Shown: positions 12,345 through 25,329 of the stretch, piece after piece
Layout of the letters: each line of letters opens with the position of its first letter
Position numbering within the stretch: the stretch's first letter is position 1
Assembly (NCBI GenBank): GCA_030264375.1
Contig: JASCQW010000109.1
Coordinates: 56,906,778 to 56,970,777 of the forward strand
Source: Carcharhinus longimanus
Taxonomy: Eukaryota
DNA length: 64,000 bases
Reading direction: 5' to 3'
Notes under the pieces: generated by a model
Seen by the model: the letters and a program-made list of their open reading frames with translations, nothing else
The model's database searches: none
What the model was told of the DNA's origin: nothing
Translations under genes and position numbers: made by a program

Positions 12345-13200
12345 TTTCATGGGATGTGAGCATCTCAGATAAGACACATATTTGCTTCTTTACTGAATTG
12401 CCCTTGAGAAGATGATAGTGAGTTATCTTCTTGAACTGGTTCAGGTACAAACAGTGCTGTTAAGTTCCTTGATTTTGATCCAGTGATAAATGGCAATTCT
12501 GAATCAGGATGGTCCGTTGGAGTTGAAGGGGAAGTTTAGGCGGCAGTGTTCTCATGCATCTGCTGTCCTTGCCCCTTGAAGTGGTAGAGGTGTTGTCAAA
12601 AGAGCCTCGGTAAGTTGTTACTGTGCATCTTGTAGATAGTCCACACTGCTGTCACTGTGTGTTGGTTGTGGACGGAATGACGGTTTAAGATGGTGGGTGG
12701 AGTGTCAAGCTGCTTTGTCCCGTACGCTGTCAAGCTTCTTGAGTGTTGGAGCTGCATTCATCCAGGCAAATGCTTCATAGCTCATCACACTTGTGCATGC
12801 TGATCATGCTTTGGGGAGTCACGAGGTGAGTTATTCACTGCAGTATTGACAACCTCTGCCCTTACAGCCGGTAGGTATATAGCTAATCTGGTTACGTTTC
12901 TGGTCAGTGGTAACTCTAGGATACTGATGGTAGTGAATTCAACAACGTTAATGATGTTGACTGTCAAGGACTGATCGTTAGACTCTCTTTTGTTGGTGAT
13001 GGTCATTGTTGGATATTTGTGTGCAACTTATCTGCTAAAGCTTAAATGTTGTTACATCTTGCTGCATGTGCAGCACAATATCTGAGGCACCACCAATGGT
13101 ACTGAACATGTGTGTAAACATCAGCAAACATTTCCACTCCTTACGCTGGGGGGAGGGAGGAGGGGGAGGTCATTGATGGATCTGTTATAAATGTGTGGGC
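12345..13200 (-). mobile_element. Decayed L2/CR1-group LINE, RT C-terminal part and 3' tail
   Basis: minus strand ATGTTTGCTGATG (MFAD) then MTITNKRESN..LT; tail related to SINE family B. Confidence 0.7.
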
Positions 13201-13544
13201 CTAAGACGCTACTAGCAACCATGCAGGTGGCATGGTGGCACCGTGATTAGCAGTGCTGCCTCACAGCGCCATGAACCCATGTTCAATAGGTGAAGCACAG
13301 ATCAGAAACTCCAGGGTATTTTCCATACATATCTTATAATTTTCTTTGGCAGAAAAATAATTCCATAGCTTATCAAGCATTAGAATAAACACTCAGAAAA
13401 GTGAAGAAAAGATTTCTACAACTGGATTGAAAATGTAATATTGAATTTGGAATTTTCCATCACCACCCCATCTCATCCCATTGCACTGACCTGTGAATTC
13501 TATTTGTCTGACCCCTTTGGTACTATCTTTGTAGTCATAGCATA

Positions 13545-13836
13545 GCATAGAGTCATAGCATCCTATGATGCAGAAGGAGGCCCATCGAGTCTGCACTGAC
13601 CACAATGCCAACCAGGCCCTATCCCTATAACCACATGCATTTGCCTTTGCTAGTCCCCCTGACACTAAGGGGCAATTTAGCACAGCCAATCTACCTAACT
13701 CGCACATCTTTGGACTGTGGGAGAAAACCGGAGCTCCCAGAAGAAACCCACGCAGAGAATGTACAAACTCCATACAGTGACCCAAGCCGGGAATCGAACC
13801 TGGGTCCTGGTGCTAACCACCTTGCCACCATGCTGC
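13545..13836 (-). mobile_element. HE1 V-SINE with CR1 tail
   Basis: head, V body and CTATG-repeat tail. Confidence 0.85.
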
Positions 13837-14519
13837 CCTTTGATACAGTTAGATTATAGGTAAAGGAAATGAACATAACAATTCTAAGTATTGTATACAA
13901 TGAGTGATTGTGGTGTTCACTGGGGCTCTGTACAATTAAAAAGTGCACAATTGTTCTAGTTGAATATTGTGCCAATTGGCAGAATCTCGTTCAGTTCTTG
14001 TTCTCTGCTGTATGAACTCGATATAGACAGATGTGATGATTCTCTTCTCTTCCAGCTAATTAAAATGAATTTGGGTTGACTTCAATCAGCTTCCTTGTTG
14101 GCTTCAGTCTGCAGCACTAAACTACTTCTAATGTGTCAGTGGAATGAAGAAAGCTGGCAGGTGTGGGAAATGGAATTGGAATGGCACAGTGAGGGGTACT
14201 CTTCAGAGGTTGCTTTTCAGGTGCATTAATAGGTCAGCGCAGAGAGTGTTCACTCAGCTTGTAATGTGTGGCGTATCTTTGNNNNNNNNNNNNNNNNNNN
14301 NNNNNNNNNNNNNNNNGGCTTGTTCTATTCTTCAGCACGGACATTCATCACTTAATGAACACATGCATACAATCTCGGCAGATAGCATTCAAGTAACACA
14401 AGCAAGATATTACATTTGAACAATGAAAAGGGTGAACCTATTTCAAAGTGGAGTTAATCTGCTGAGTTAAGGCACAGATTCAGATTCGGGTGGTAATTTA
14501 ATGCATCTGACATTTCTTT

Positions 14520-14990
14520 CTGCCCTCTCCCCATAGCCCTACAATTTTTTTCCCTTCAAGTACTTGTCTAATTTCCTTCCAAAAGCCACAATTGAATCTG
14601 TCTTTCAGCATTGCATTTCAGATCCTAGCCATTCACAGTGTAAAAAGGTTCCTCTTGGACTGTCACCTTTGGCTCTTAACCAATCACTTTAAATCTGTGC
14701 TCTCTGATTCTTGTTCTTTCTGCCAATGACAGTGCTGTCCAGATCCCTGGTGATTTTGAACACCTCCATCAAATCATCACTCAACCTTCTCTTCTCAAAA
14801 GAGAAAAAAAAACCCCAGCTTCTCCAATCTAACCACATAGCCCTCATCCCCGGAACCATTCCAGTAAACCTCTTCTGCAACCAACCTCATGCCTTCACAT
14901 CCTCCCTAAAATGAGTTGTCCAGGAATTGATACAATACGCCAATTGTGGCTGAACCAGTATTATCTAAAGGTCTGTTATAACACCCTTGC
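14520..14990 (-). mobile_element. CR1 LINE 3' ORF2 fragment
   Basis: ORF 14689-14880 QKRFTGMVPGMR..FSFEKRRLSDDLMEVFKI. Confidence 0.85.
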
Positions 14991-16054
14991 CTCACTGGGC
15001 TGGATTTTCTCTTTGAGGTAGGAATTACAACTTGAAAGATTCCCCAATGTCACAATCCCAACCCCTGTCCAGCAACATTATCCCATGAGCATGGGCTGCA
15101 AATGGGTTCACCTGCTGCCTCCCAAAGCAGGCCCGAGGAGCGAATGGAGATGGGTAGATGTTAAGGCAAGCAAGCTGTCCATTCAACATACCTCTTTTCC
15201 AATTCTGCATCCCCTGNNNNNNNNNNNNNNNNNNNNNNNNNNNNNNNNNNNNNNNNNNNNNNNNNNNNNNNNNNNNNNNNNNNNNNNNNNNNNNNNNNNN
15301 NNNNNNNNNNNNNNNNCCTCAACTCTATTCCAATTCTGCATCCCCTGACCAACAAAGAATTATCATTCCTTTCAGGGGCACATTCCGTACTCCGCAACTG
15401 GGATCATTTCTCCCCAGATGCTTATCAGCCATGAACTGTACAAGTATCACACACCAAAAAATTATATGCTTTTCATTTTTTTCAGTGTTGACATCTACGG
15501 GTATTGTTACAGTTTTGAGGCTTCTAAGATTGCTTTGTTTCGGAATTGTAGCTTTAAATTTAGGGTAAATGAAGGGGGTCATGTGATCTATTCAGCAATG
15601 CGCCTAAATGGTTTCGTTGTTTGGGACCAAAGGAGGCTCAGATTGTTGAGAAGCAGGTGCACAATCTTTACATTTGAAGACAATGGCGTACCAAGAATGG
15701 ACCCCGAATCTCTAGAAGTCCCAGAAAGACGTTGGCTGTGTTTCATGTTGCCATGGGGAAGAGAGCAAAGGATGCCAATTTTGAGATCAGGTTATACAGG
15801 CCACTCTACAAATCAATAAATGTATCACATACAGACAGCAGTTAGGTCTGGGGTGGTCTGCAGCCAAATGAAAGTCAGCAAGCAAGAGATAGAGGCAACC
15901 AGTCCTGCATGTGAAACAGAGAAAATGCTTGCACAGAGATTAAGGTGACTGACTTTGTGAGGATTTAAAAGAGACTGGAAGATACATATAGTTCGGGCTA
16001 GTAGGGAGGAATCTGCAGTGAAACTCTTACAGTGAAAGTCAATTCCATTTATAT

Positions 16055-16347
16055 TATTTATTAATTAGTGTCACAAGTAGGCTTAAATTAACACTGCAAT
16101 GAAGTGACTATGAAAATTCCCTAGTTGTCAGACTCCAGCACCTGTTCGTGTACACTGAGGGAGAATTTAGCATGGCCAATGCACATAACCTGTGCATCTT
16201 TCAGACTGCGGGAGGAAACCATAGCACCCAGAGAAAACCCACTGACATGGGAAGAACGTGCAGATTCCACAGGGACGGTGACCAAAGCCGGAAATCGTAC
16301 CCGGGAACCTGGTACTGTGAGGCAATAGTACTAACCACAGTGCCACC
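16055..16347 (-). mobile_element. HE1-like V-SINE, alternative tail
   Basis: same structure as 205-486. Confidence 0.85.
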
Positions 16348-16934
16348 ATTATCTGGCAGGGAAAAAGAAAAGGAAGCAAGCCATTGGAAGTAGAGAGCAC
16401 CTGTGGACAATTTGCTGTAATTCTCTGAAGTTTGTGATGTGTGATAATGTATAAAGAAGAATGTATCTTTCTCTAATTTAAACTATAAGCTGCAGGGAGA
16501 AAGAAAGTATTTTTTATTCAAAAGTGTATTTTTTTGTCATCTGTTCCAATAAAGTTTTACAAGATGAAATCTTACTGCATCACTCTTTCATCTAATATCT
16601 GGATGTCTGAATCTCCTTTTTAAGTTTTTGGTCTCTATGGAGATTGTAACAATGGTGAGACGTTTGATTTGAAAATTTAATATCAATTTGAACTTTATCT
16701 TTATGACTGCATGGTGCAATTGTTCACCTTATCCTTCAAGGTGACATTTTTATTGAAAGGACACGTTTTATTGATTATATCAAAATGTTTGCTGAATAGA
16801 TTCATATCAAGATGAGAACACTTAAACTTGCATACTTATTTTAAATAATTCAGTATGGTAACCTCATTAGGATACTGGACCAATAATGTAGAGTTCCGAT
16901 TTCAGTATGGCGAGTTCTGGAAGAAGTCAGGTCG

Positions 16935-17870
16935 ATAAGATCACAAGACATAGAAGCAGAGTTAGGCCACTTGGCCCATCGAGTCTGCTCCACCATTCAA
17001 TCATGGCTGATATTTTTATCATCTCCATTCCCCTGCCTTTTCCCCATAACCCCCGATCCCTTATGAATCAAGAACCTATCTACCTTTGTCTTAAAGATAC
17101 TCAATGACCTGGCCTCCACAGCCTTCTGCAGCACAGAGTTCCACAGATTCACTGCTTGAAGAAATTCCTCTTCATCTCTGTTTTAAAGGATCGTCCTTTT
17201 AGCCTGAGGTCGTGCCTCCTTTTTCTAGTTTTTCCTACTATTGGAAACATGCTCTCCATGTCCACTCTATCCAAGCCTCGCAGTTTCAATAAGATCCGCC
17301 TCATCCTTCTAAACTCCAACGAGTACAGATCCAGAATCTTCAAACGTTCCTCATACGACAAGCTCTTCATTCCAGGGATCATTCTTTTGAACCTTCTCTG
17401 GACCGTTTTTTTACGGGGTCCAAAACTGTCCCAGTACTCCAAATCAGAGCCTTATACAGCCTCAGTACATCCCTGCTCTTGTATTCTTGCCCTCTCGACA
17501 TGACTGCTAACATTGCATTTGCCTTCCTAACTGCCAACTGAACCTGCACGTTAACCTTAAGAGAATCTTGAGCAAGGACTCCCAAGTCCCTTTGTGTTTC
17601 TGATTTCCTAAGCATTTCCTCATTTAGAAAATAGTCTATGCCCCCATTCCTCCTTCCAAAATGCATAACCTCACACTTTTCCACATTGTATTCCATCTGC
17701 TACTTCTTTGCCCACTCACCTAACCTGTCCAAGTCCTCCCTCAATACTACCTGTCCCTCTACATATCTTTGTATCATCTACAAATTTAGCAGCAGTGCCT
17801 TCCGTTCCTTCTTCCAAACAATTAATGTATATTGTGGAAACTTGCATTCCAAGCACCGACTCCTGAGGCA
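16935..17870 (-). mobile_element. CR1 LINE RT 3' fragment with tail
   Basis: ORFs 17379-17696 (YNVEKCEVMHFGRRN..QRDLGVL) and 17149-17442 (VQRRFKRMIPGMKSLSYEERL..LYSLEFRR). Confidence 0.9.
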
Positions 17871-17879
17871 TGCCGTAGT

Positions 17880-18440
17880 GTCACAGAGTCAAAGAGGTTT
17901 ACAGCATGGAAACAGGCCCTTCAGCCCAACTTGTGCATGCCATCCAGTTTTTACCACGACACTAATCCCAATTGCCCACATTTAGGCCATATCCGTCTAT
18001 ATCCATCATACCCATGTAACTGTCCAAACGCTTTTTAAAAGACAGAATTGTACTTGCCTTTTCTACTACCCCTGATAGCTCATTCCAGACACCCAGCACC
18101 CTACGTGGGAAAATAAAATAGCCCCCTGGACCATTTTCTTCAGAGAGATATGGTCCTCAGAAGTGTAGAGTGTTTTTGTTCTCAGAGGCAGCATGGTCAG
18201 TGCAGGCCTGTTTCTGTGCTGTAAATTTTTTTGTTCTTTGTTCTTTTGTACCTCTCCCCTCTCACCTTAAACCTATGCCATGTAGTTTTAGACTATCCTA
18301 CCTTTGAGAATAGTTGTTGACTATCGACCTTATCTATGTCCTTCATTGTTTTATAGGCCTCTATAAGATCACCCCTAAACCTCCTCTGCTCCAGGGAAAA
18401 AAGTTCCAGTCTACCCAGCCTCTGCTTATAACTCAAATGA
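17880..18440 (-). mobile_element. CR1 LINE 3' fragment, second subfamily
   Basis: LSYKQRLGRLELFSLEQRRFRGDLIEAYK; tail as at 1-75. Confidence 0.85.
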
Positions 18441-18504
18441 GGTGATACGTGGATTGGTACCAGGAAAAGAAAATAGAGAGTTGGATTCTGAATAAGGAAA
18501 AAAA

Positions 18505-18702
18505 AGATCTGGAATACTTCTTGCCTTTTGAGAAGCGAATGAGCCATTCCCTCCCTAAGGGCATTGTAGGTCAACCCCACAGGACATGGACTACAGCGAT
18601 TCAAGAAGGCAACTCAACACCACCTTCTCAAGGGCAAGCGGGGATTGGGAAATAAATGCTGCCCTGCCAGCGATGCCCATGTCCTTTCAATGAATATAAA
18701 AA
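18505..18702 (+). mobile_element. 3' end of L2/CR1-group LINE, partner of SINE family B
   Basis: cagcgattcaagaaggcaactcaacaccaccttctcaagggc..ataaatgctgccctgccagcgatgcccatgtcc. Confidence 0.7.
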
Positions 18703-20644
18703 TATTCTGACTACATTTGCCTACATATAACTCCAATCCAGTGTTATGTGATTGATTCACAATGCAAAAAGGAATATGCAATGATTATTTCTTGATGGTA
18801 AATCCCAGAAACAAATATTGTTTTTAACATCTGAGCATTTAAGATGAAACATCTCTATGAAGTACCATGCAGGTTGTTGCTGAGGTGCTTTATAAATGTA
18901 ATTGTTATTGAAATAATATTCCAAAGGATCGAAGGAATACCAGGCAATGTGTTACTATCTCCAACTGCAATCTTCCTATCCAAGTTAGTGTGGTAGATTG
19001 GTGGGGGGGCTACTGGGAGCTTGACTGAGACAGGTTTCCTCTTAATAGTTACCTACAGCTGTGCTCTCTTTGTTACGTGGCCCCATTGCTTGAGGAAGAC
19101 TTAGGTGAAAAGCAGCGCCTGTGATCAACGTCCTCATCAGTAGACTGTTTGCATTGACAAAGGCACACACACAGTGCAGAGCAATCCAAATAGTCGTGGT
19201 AAGCTTTGAAAATCTGACAACTAATGCATACCTTAATAAAACAATTGAATGTCAATTATTGTACATATCCCTTCAATCTCATTACTAAATTTAATTTACA
19301 TCCTTCTGCCCAATCCCAGTGGACCTTTCTATGAAAATGCTATTCAGCACAGAATACCTCATAAGAACAGGTTGTGAGACAGAGTCTGGAAACTCACCCC
19401 TGAGGTGATCACTTATCCTCCACCTCCCAGAAGGAATGAGATTTGACAGAAGCAGGTGACATGTTATGTAGCCTAATCCCTTTTCCTCCATGGACACACA
19501 CAGAGTTGCACACACAACAGGAACTGCCTCCTGTAAAATAATCTCAAAGTATTGGAATCAAAGTCATTCAAAGAAATGTTCTGGAAAAGCAAAATAAAGT
19601 GCCAATCTTCCTTTATACATTTTTCTGCCTTCTTTCTAAATAAAGGAAATGGACCAGAGCATTATTGAATTTCAGCGAAAAAGCCTTATAATCAAGGGAA
19701 ATGGGAAGATGGTTGCACAATTTTAGATTAGATTATTAAATGCTTTTCTGCATTTCCCAAAACAAAGGAGTAATTCTGAAGATTACGAGTCAGCCTCTGT
19801 ATTGTTGTACTGCTTTAGCATTACAATTGAGAGTATTGAAGAAAGCAAGTATTGTGTACATGCATATTGTTATTGTCTGATTTAATCCTGGAGAGAACAG
19901 GTTTTCACACAGCAGAGATTAATGAGAATTGAGCCGTGGTTATCACCAACACTGTATCAGGGGACTGATGCAATGTTTCAAAGCTGCACGCTGTTTGAAC
20001 ACACTTTGGAAGAGTGGCTTGAATTCCCCCGAAACCCAACAGAACAAGGTGATTGGTTTAACTGGGATGGAAAAACAACATTCTGTATATTTTGTTTTGA
20101 CAATATTTCCTTTCAGTTCTGCCTTTTATAACTAATAAGAGAGCTTTATTTCACTGTGTTCTAAAGCAAGCCTGTTTTTGTGGTGGCAGTTTCTCATCCT
20201 TGGTGAATCGCAAACAGCAACACGATGAAGCTAGGTGGATAAAGTACCCTTAAGACATCCCGTGACACTTCGCTAAGGGGCAAAATGAACAAGGGAAATG
20301 TAAGCGGAAGAAGTTAGGGGAACAAAGCAGAAGCCTGAAGCATTCTTTAAAAATGGGGAAAATTAAATAAGGAGAGGTCTGCTGGCAAATCGGGCCAAAA
20401 GTTTTGGGACAAAGAGGGGAAGTGGGGGGACGGGGGAAATGCATCAAGGGCCGAAATTGCAGACTGGAATTTCGTGGCCACAGAGTTCAGGAGATGCAGG
20501 AAGAATTTGTCAATTAATTAGTGGATTTAGAAATCAATATGATGAAGAATAGGAAACAATGCTGGTTGACAAGAATTGAAATGAAGGAAAAATCCAACTA
20601 GAGACCAGATTGTGCATGATTAAAATGTGTCGAGAGTGGATTTT

Positions 20645-20946
20645 AAAGTTTATTTATTTATCAGTGTCACAAGTAGGCTAACATTAACACTGCGATAAAG
20701 TTACTGTGAAAATCCCCGAATTGCCACACTCTGGTGCCTGTTCGGGTACACTGAAGGAGAATTTAGCATGTCAAATCCACCTAACCAGCACGTCTTTTGG
20801 ACTGTGGAATGGAAACCAGAGCACCTGGAGGGAACCCATGCAGACATGAGGAGAACATGCAGACTCTGCACAGATAGTGACCCAAGCCAGGAATTGAACC
20901 CGGGTCCCTGGCACTGAGAGGCAGCATTGCTAACCACTGTGCTACT
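20645..20946 (-). mobile_element. HE1-like V-SINE, alternative tail
   Basis: full head, body and tail. Confidence 0.88.
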
Positions 20947-21546
20947 GTACTGATGGGGGTGAAGGGGATGATAAGTCATACAGTGCACATTGTGTTCAGA
21001 TCTCCATGCAGATACGTTAAGTACAGAAGTCACGTGTGCACTATATTGGAAAAAGTGGCTGAAGAGATTGCATGACATTAGCAGAGTGCAAAAGCCATTC
21101 TCTGATGCAATGCAATAAATACTTGGTCGTGAGGCTGCATAAAAGAAGCAATCATCAAAAATATCTCTGCTTTCCGGAGCAAGGTCAGAGAGCATTGCAC
21201 CCAGTTGAAAGAAAATCAGCTGACCAACTGATCCTTTCCAATGTATCTGAATTATGATCTGTCGCTCCTGAGTTGCAAATAATGAATCACACCAGGAACT
21301 GCTAACAATCAAGTGCTCAAATTATTGAAGTTCTTAGAACTGTGTTCTACACTACCATACTGCATTTCGCAATAAGTAAATAGAAAAACAATTGCCTAAT
21401 TTGTTCACATTATTGATAGAAATGATTAAGATTATGACATAGAGGGAAGCCAAATAAGAAATTTGACCAATATTTTTGATGACTTCTGTTGATGGAGTAT
21501 CTGGCTTAAACCATCTTCTTTCCCTATTTTCACGAGGTGACACATT

Positions 21547-21653
21547 GGGCAGGGTTTCTGGCTTGGAAAATCCCACCCGAGTTTAATGGACCTTCCCCCC
21601 CCTACCTCACTCACAACAAATACCGTGGCAGATGGGATGGGAAAATTCATCCC
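21547..21653. mobile_element. Harbinger-type MITE
   Basis: ends gggcagggtttc / gaaaattcatccc flanked by ATT on both sides. Confidence 0.6.
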
Positions 21654-21983
21654 ATTACGTGATGATTACTTACAGCTCTTTGAAGCATTTCTGGGACATT
21701 TTATTATGCTAGTTGTTGTTGTTATGGCCTTTCAGAAACATCTCTGAGTACTTCACACTTTACGTATCCTAGGTGAAATGCAGGAAGGGTCTCAATGGAA
21801 TGAAACAGGTCCCCAGAACACAGCATTGAATGCCAGTTAATATTGCATTGGTGATAGTCTAGAAACTCCTTCAAACACTGCCATGAATTCTTCAACATTT
21901 GCCCAAGCAGGCAAACAACATTTCAGTCCACCACGCTTTACAAAGCACAGTTCAAGTACTGTTGAGAAAAAGGAATGCTTTCC

Positions 21984-22016
21984 ATGTAAGCTTTTCATCT
22001 TGTACTCATCAGGACA
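21984..22016 (-). ncRNA. Degenerate minimal hammerhead ribozyme motif
   Basis: TGTC-CTGATGA-GTacaagAT-GAAA-AGCT-TA-CAT; core intact, stem I imperfect. Confidence 0.5.
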
Positions 22017-23189
22017 TTTGCAAGAATACAATGCAAGGGAAATCAATAAATTTATGTTGTATGGGAAGTGGCAGCTCATTGGTTGGCAAGTGGACTTTGA
22101 TTGGTGGAGGCATTGCCATGGAGAATGCACCAGTTGATGGTGACTGGTAGTTAGCTGCCAAGCATTGTTTGAAATTTAAGCCAGGTGGCTTGACTATGAT
22201 TGGTCAAGGTATTGATTGCCTGAGGAATGAACAACCAAATGGCTGTCACTTATCTTGATTAGCTGAAACAGGCACAATGTGTGTAATGCTTTTTCTGTCT
22301 GCCAAGAACAGGACACTTTTATTAATGTATGTAACTTTGAGTAAGGAATCTGACCAATCAATATTACCTTGGCCCCAGAGCTGTGCATCTTCATAAGGCT
22401 TCCCTTCCCTCAGAGCCTACATCTGTTCATATGCCTACCCTGAACCTGCCCACTCCCATTATCCATGCCACCTTTCTTGTCCATCTCAATGACCTTCCTG
22501 ATGAGGACTACACTCATCAAACACATACCATGGCCTTCCCACCCTACCATATCCCCCTACCCCCTTTCACTCTCATCATTCAGCCTGGGCTCTCCCCTTA
22601 GGACTCCACCATAGACCCCACCCAATAAAATACGTTCTCCAGACACTGCAACCCTCTTTCAGTCTTCCACCCACCCCACTCTCTGTCCCACACCCACCGC
22701 TGCTTTGCATCCTGAATCCCCCATGAGGCTTCCACGTTACTATGATGCCCGGATCCTCCACCCTTTCATGTGTACCATCTCTTGCTTGTCTCTTGGTACC
22801 CAAGAGTGGACATTAGGAATGGTACAGCAGCGCCCAGTGTCTGGTAAGTCCTGGAAGTCTCTCTCTCTTGATGTGTGCGTGCTACTTATGTTGATTCTGG
22901 AAACACAATAGCCTAAATTCTCACTAGAGGAGTGGAAAATCTAATGGGGAAACACAATTCTGGTCTGTTTTGGTTTTAATGTGCATTCATGAGCATGTAA
23001 AAGAGGTTCCAGGTGCACATCAACGAGCATTAACCTGCCATTATAGTCAGGAAAGCAATTCCAGCCGAATTTCCAAATGTGAAGAGACCACGTTTTTGAA
23101 TCTTGTCATGTCCTCTGACCCACCCATCACGATTCCCTGAAAAGGAGGCGGTGAGGGGCATCTTTCAGCTTAATGTTTATATTTTGCCT

Positions 23190-23550
23190 TTTACATTCAT
23201 TTGTAGGACATGGGCGTCGCTGGCTGGCCAGCATTTATTGCCCATCCCTACTTGCCCTTGGAGGGCAGATGAGAATCAACTACATTGCTCTAGCTCTGGA
23301 GTGACATGTAGGCCAGACCAGGTAAGGATGGCCGATTTCCTTCTCTAAAGGACATTAGTGAACCAAATGGGTTTTTCTGACAATCGACAATGATTTCATG
23401 GTTACCAGTAGATTCTTAATTCCAGATATTTTTTATTGAATTTAAATACCATCCTCTGCCGTGGTGGGATTCAAACCCCGGTCCTCAGAATATTAGCTGA
23501 GTTTCTGGATTAATAGTCTAGCAATAATACCACTAGGCCATTGCTTCCCT
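23190..23550 (-). mobile_element. SINE family B
   Basis: full-length similarity to 24905-25260 and 31945-32295. Confidence 0.85.
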
Positions 23551-24527
23551 TAATATAAGGCATACAGGAAAATTACTGGTGTCCTTCACAATATCATGAC
23601 GGTCAAAAGGTTTATTGTATTTTTTCATCAGTATGCTGAGGAAGGAGGCGAACTAAGTTAGAGTCTGTTTACATGCTGCTAAGGCAAGAAAATGATTTCT
23701 TCGAGCAATAGAACATCCGGCTCAGTGCTGCAAGTGTTAAATCAGTTGGGCTTTCAAAGCAGTCAAACAGGACAAAGCTGGTGGTCTGCTCTGAAACACC
23801 CACCGGGCTGAAACCTTCATACAAATAGAAATTGTACATGTCCACAGAAAATAAATATCTTCTTAAAAATAATTTCGAAGAGAATCCAATGCTAGCTGGA
23901 TTTAATGTACCAAATCCCTGTGCTTAAACCCAGCAATCATTGCTCTTTGTACTCTTAGTAAAAAGATGAGCCAGCTTAAAACGGCTCCAAAGGACACAAA
24001 CTCAAACCACATCAGAGGTCAAATGCCAGACTATATACCATGATTGCATGATTTGTGGAGCTTTAATGCAATGTCTGGTCTCATGTGGGTAAAAAGCAAG
24101 AGCAAGGCAGAGATGTTCAATGCCCTCTTTACAAGAATATAAGCAGACTTAATTTTCTTGCTCCTGCATCGGAGAACTTGCACGCACATGAAATCTTCGG
24201 AGCCTGTGATCATGTGAGCAAAATGTGTCCCATCCAACAGATGGTGCGCTTTCCCTATCACAATCTTAATGGTAAATACAATTTTATCACATTTATAAAA
24301 ATCGGAACAGCATATCAGACTGCCAAGTGCAGCAAGCTAACAGCAAGTCGTGAAGTTCAAAACATTTGTCTGTCCGCATTTTCCTCCAACAGAACTTGAG
24401 GAGCTCCTTGAACTTCAATTCCTATTTATTAGCAATATATTAGCTAAATTGAAACTCAGGGGGTTTAACTGAGAATGGCGGAGTGGATACAAAATTGGCT
24501 GAAAGACAGAAGGCAGAGTACCGGTGA

Positions 24528-24616
24528 ACGAAAACAGAAAATGCTGGAAAATCTCAGCAGGTCTGACAGCAGCTGTGGAGAGAGGTTTTGAGTCTGGATG
24601 ACCCTTCGTCAGAGCT
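24528..24616 (-). mobile_element. Penelope-like terminal-repeat fragment with degenerate hammerhead motif
   Basis: same family as 11240-11450; CTGACGA-AGGGTCATCCAGACTC-AAAA. Confidence 0.65.
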
Positions 24617-24904
24617 ACTGGAGAGGACTGGTGAATGGTTGTTTTCAAACTGGAGGGAAGTGTGCAATGGGATACTCTGGCGATTACTGCCTTGTTTCAA
24701 TACGATTTGGACTTGGATGTGCAGGGCATAACTGCAGCTGATACAAAACTTGCAAGCGTGGTCAACAATGAGGAGTTTGGCAACAAATGTTAGAAGAACA
24801 TAAACTAGTGAAATAGGGAGAATCATGGTAGATGCAATTTAATGCAGACTAGTGTGAAATAATTCATTTTGATAGGAATAGTGGGAGATGATATAAAGTA
24901 AATT

Positions 24905-25260
24905 AACAGGGGGAGCTGTTGGCCAAGTGTATAATCACTAGACTATTAATCCAGAAATTCAGCTAATGTTCTGGAGATGCATGTTCAAATCCCACCACGC
25001 CAGTTGGTGAAATTTGAATTGAATAAAAATTATCTGGAATTAAGAATCTACTGATGGCCATGAAACCATTGTCGGAAAAACCCATCTGGTTCACTAATGT
25101 CCTTCAGGGAAAGAAATCTGCCCTCCTTACCTGATCTGTTCTGGCCTACATGTGACTCCAGAGCCACATCAATCTGGTTGTCTCTCAAATGCCCCACAAG
25201 GGATGGGTAATAAATGCTGGCCAGCCAGTGGCACCCATGTCCTACAAATGAATGAATAAA
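24905..25260 (+). mobile_element. SINE family B
   Basis: gttcaaatccc B box; tail gggatgggtaataaatgctggccagccagtggcacccatgtcc..aatgaataaa. Confidence 0.85.
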
Positions 25261-25329
25261 AATTTTAAAACTGGTACAATTTTAAAGAGGGTGGAAGAAT
25301 CAAAGGTCCTGAAGGTGTTCAGACGTATA

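Noticed and set aside
20701-21312. 203-aa ORF
   Set aside because: Its C-terminal part is V-SINE read-through (STVVSNAASQCQGPGFNSWLG), the same pseudo-peptide recurring across the ORF list
22495-22525. CTGATGA motif here and at ~30827, ~56742, ~59416 as possible hammerheads
   Set aside because: No stem II followed by GAAA and NUH
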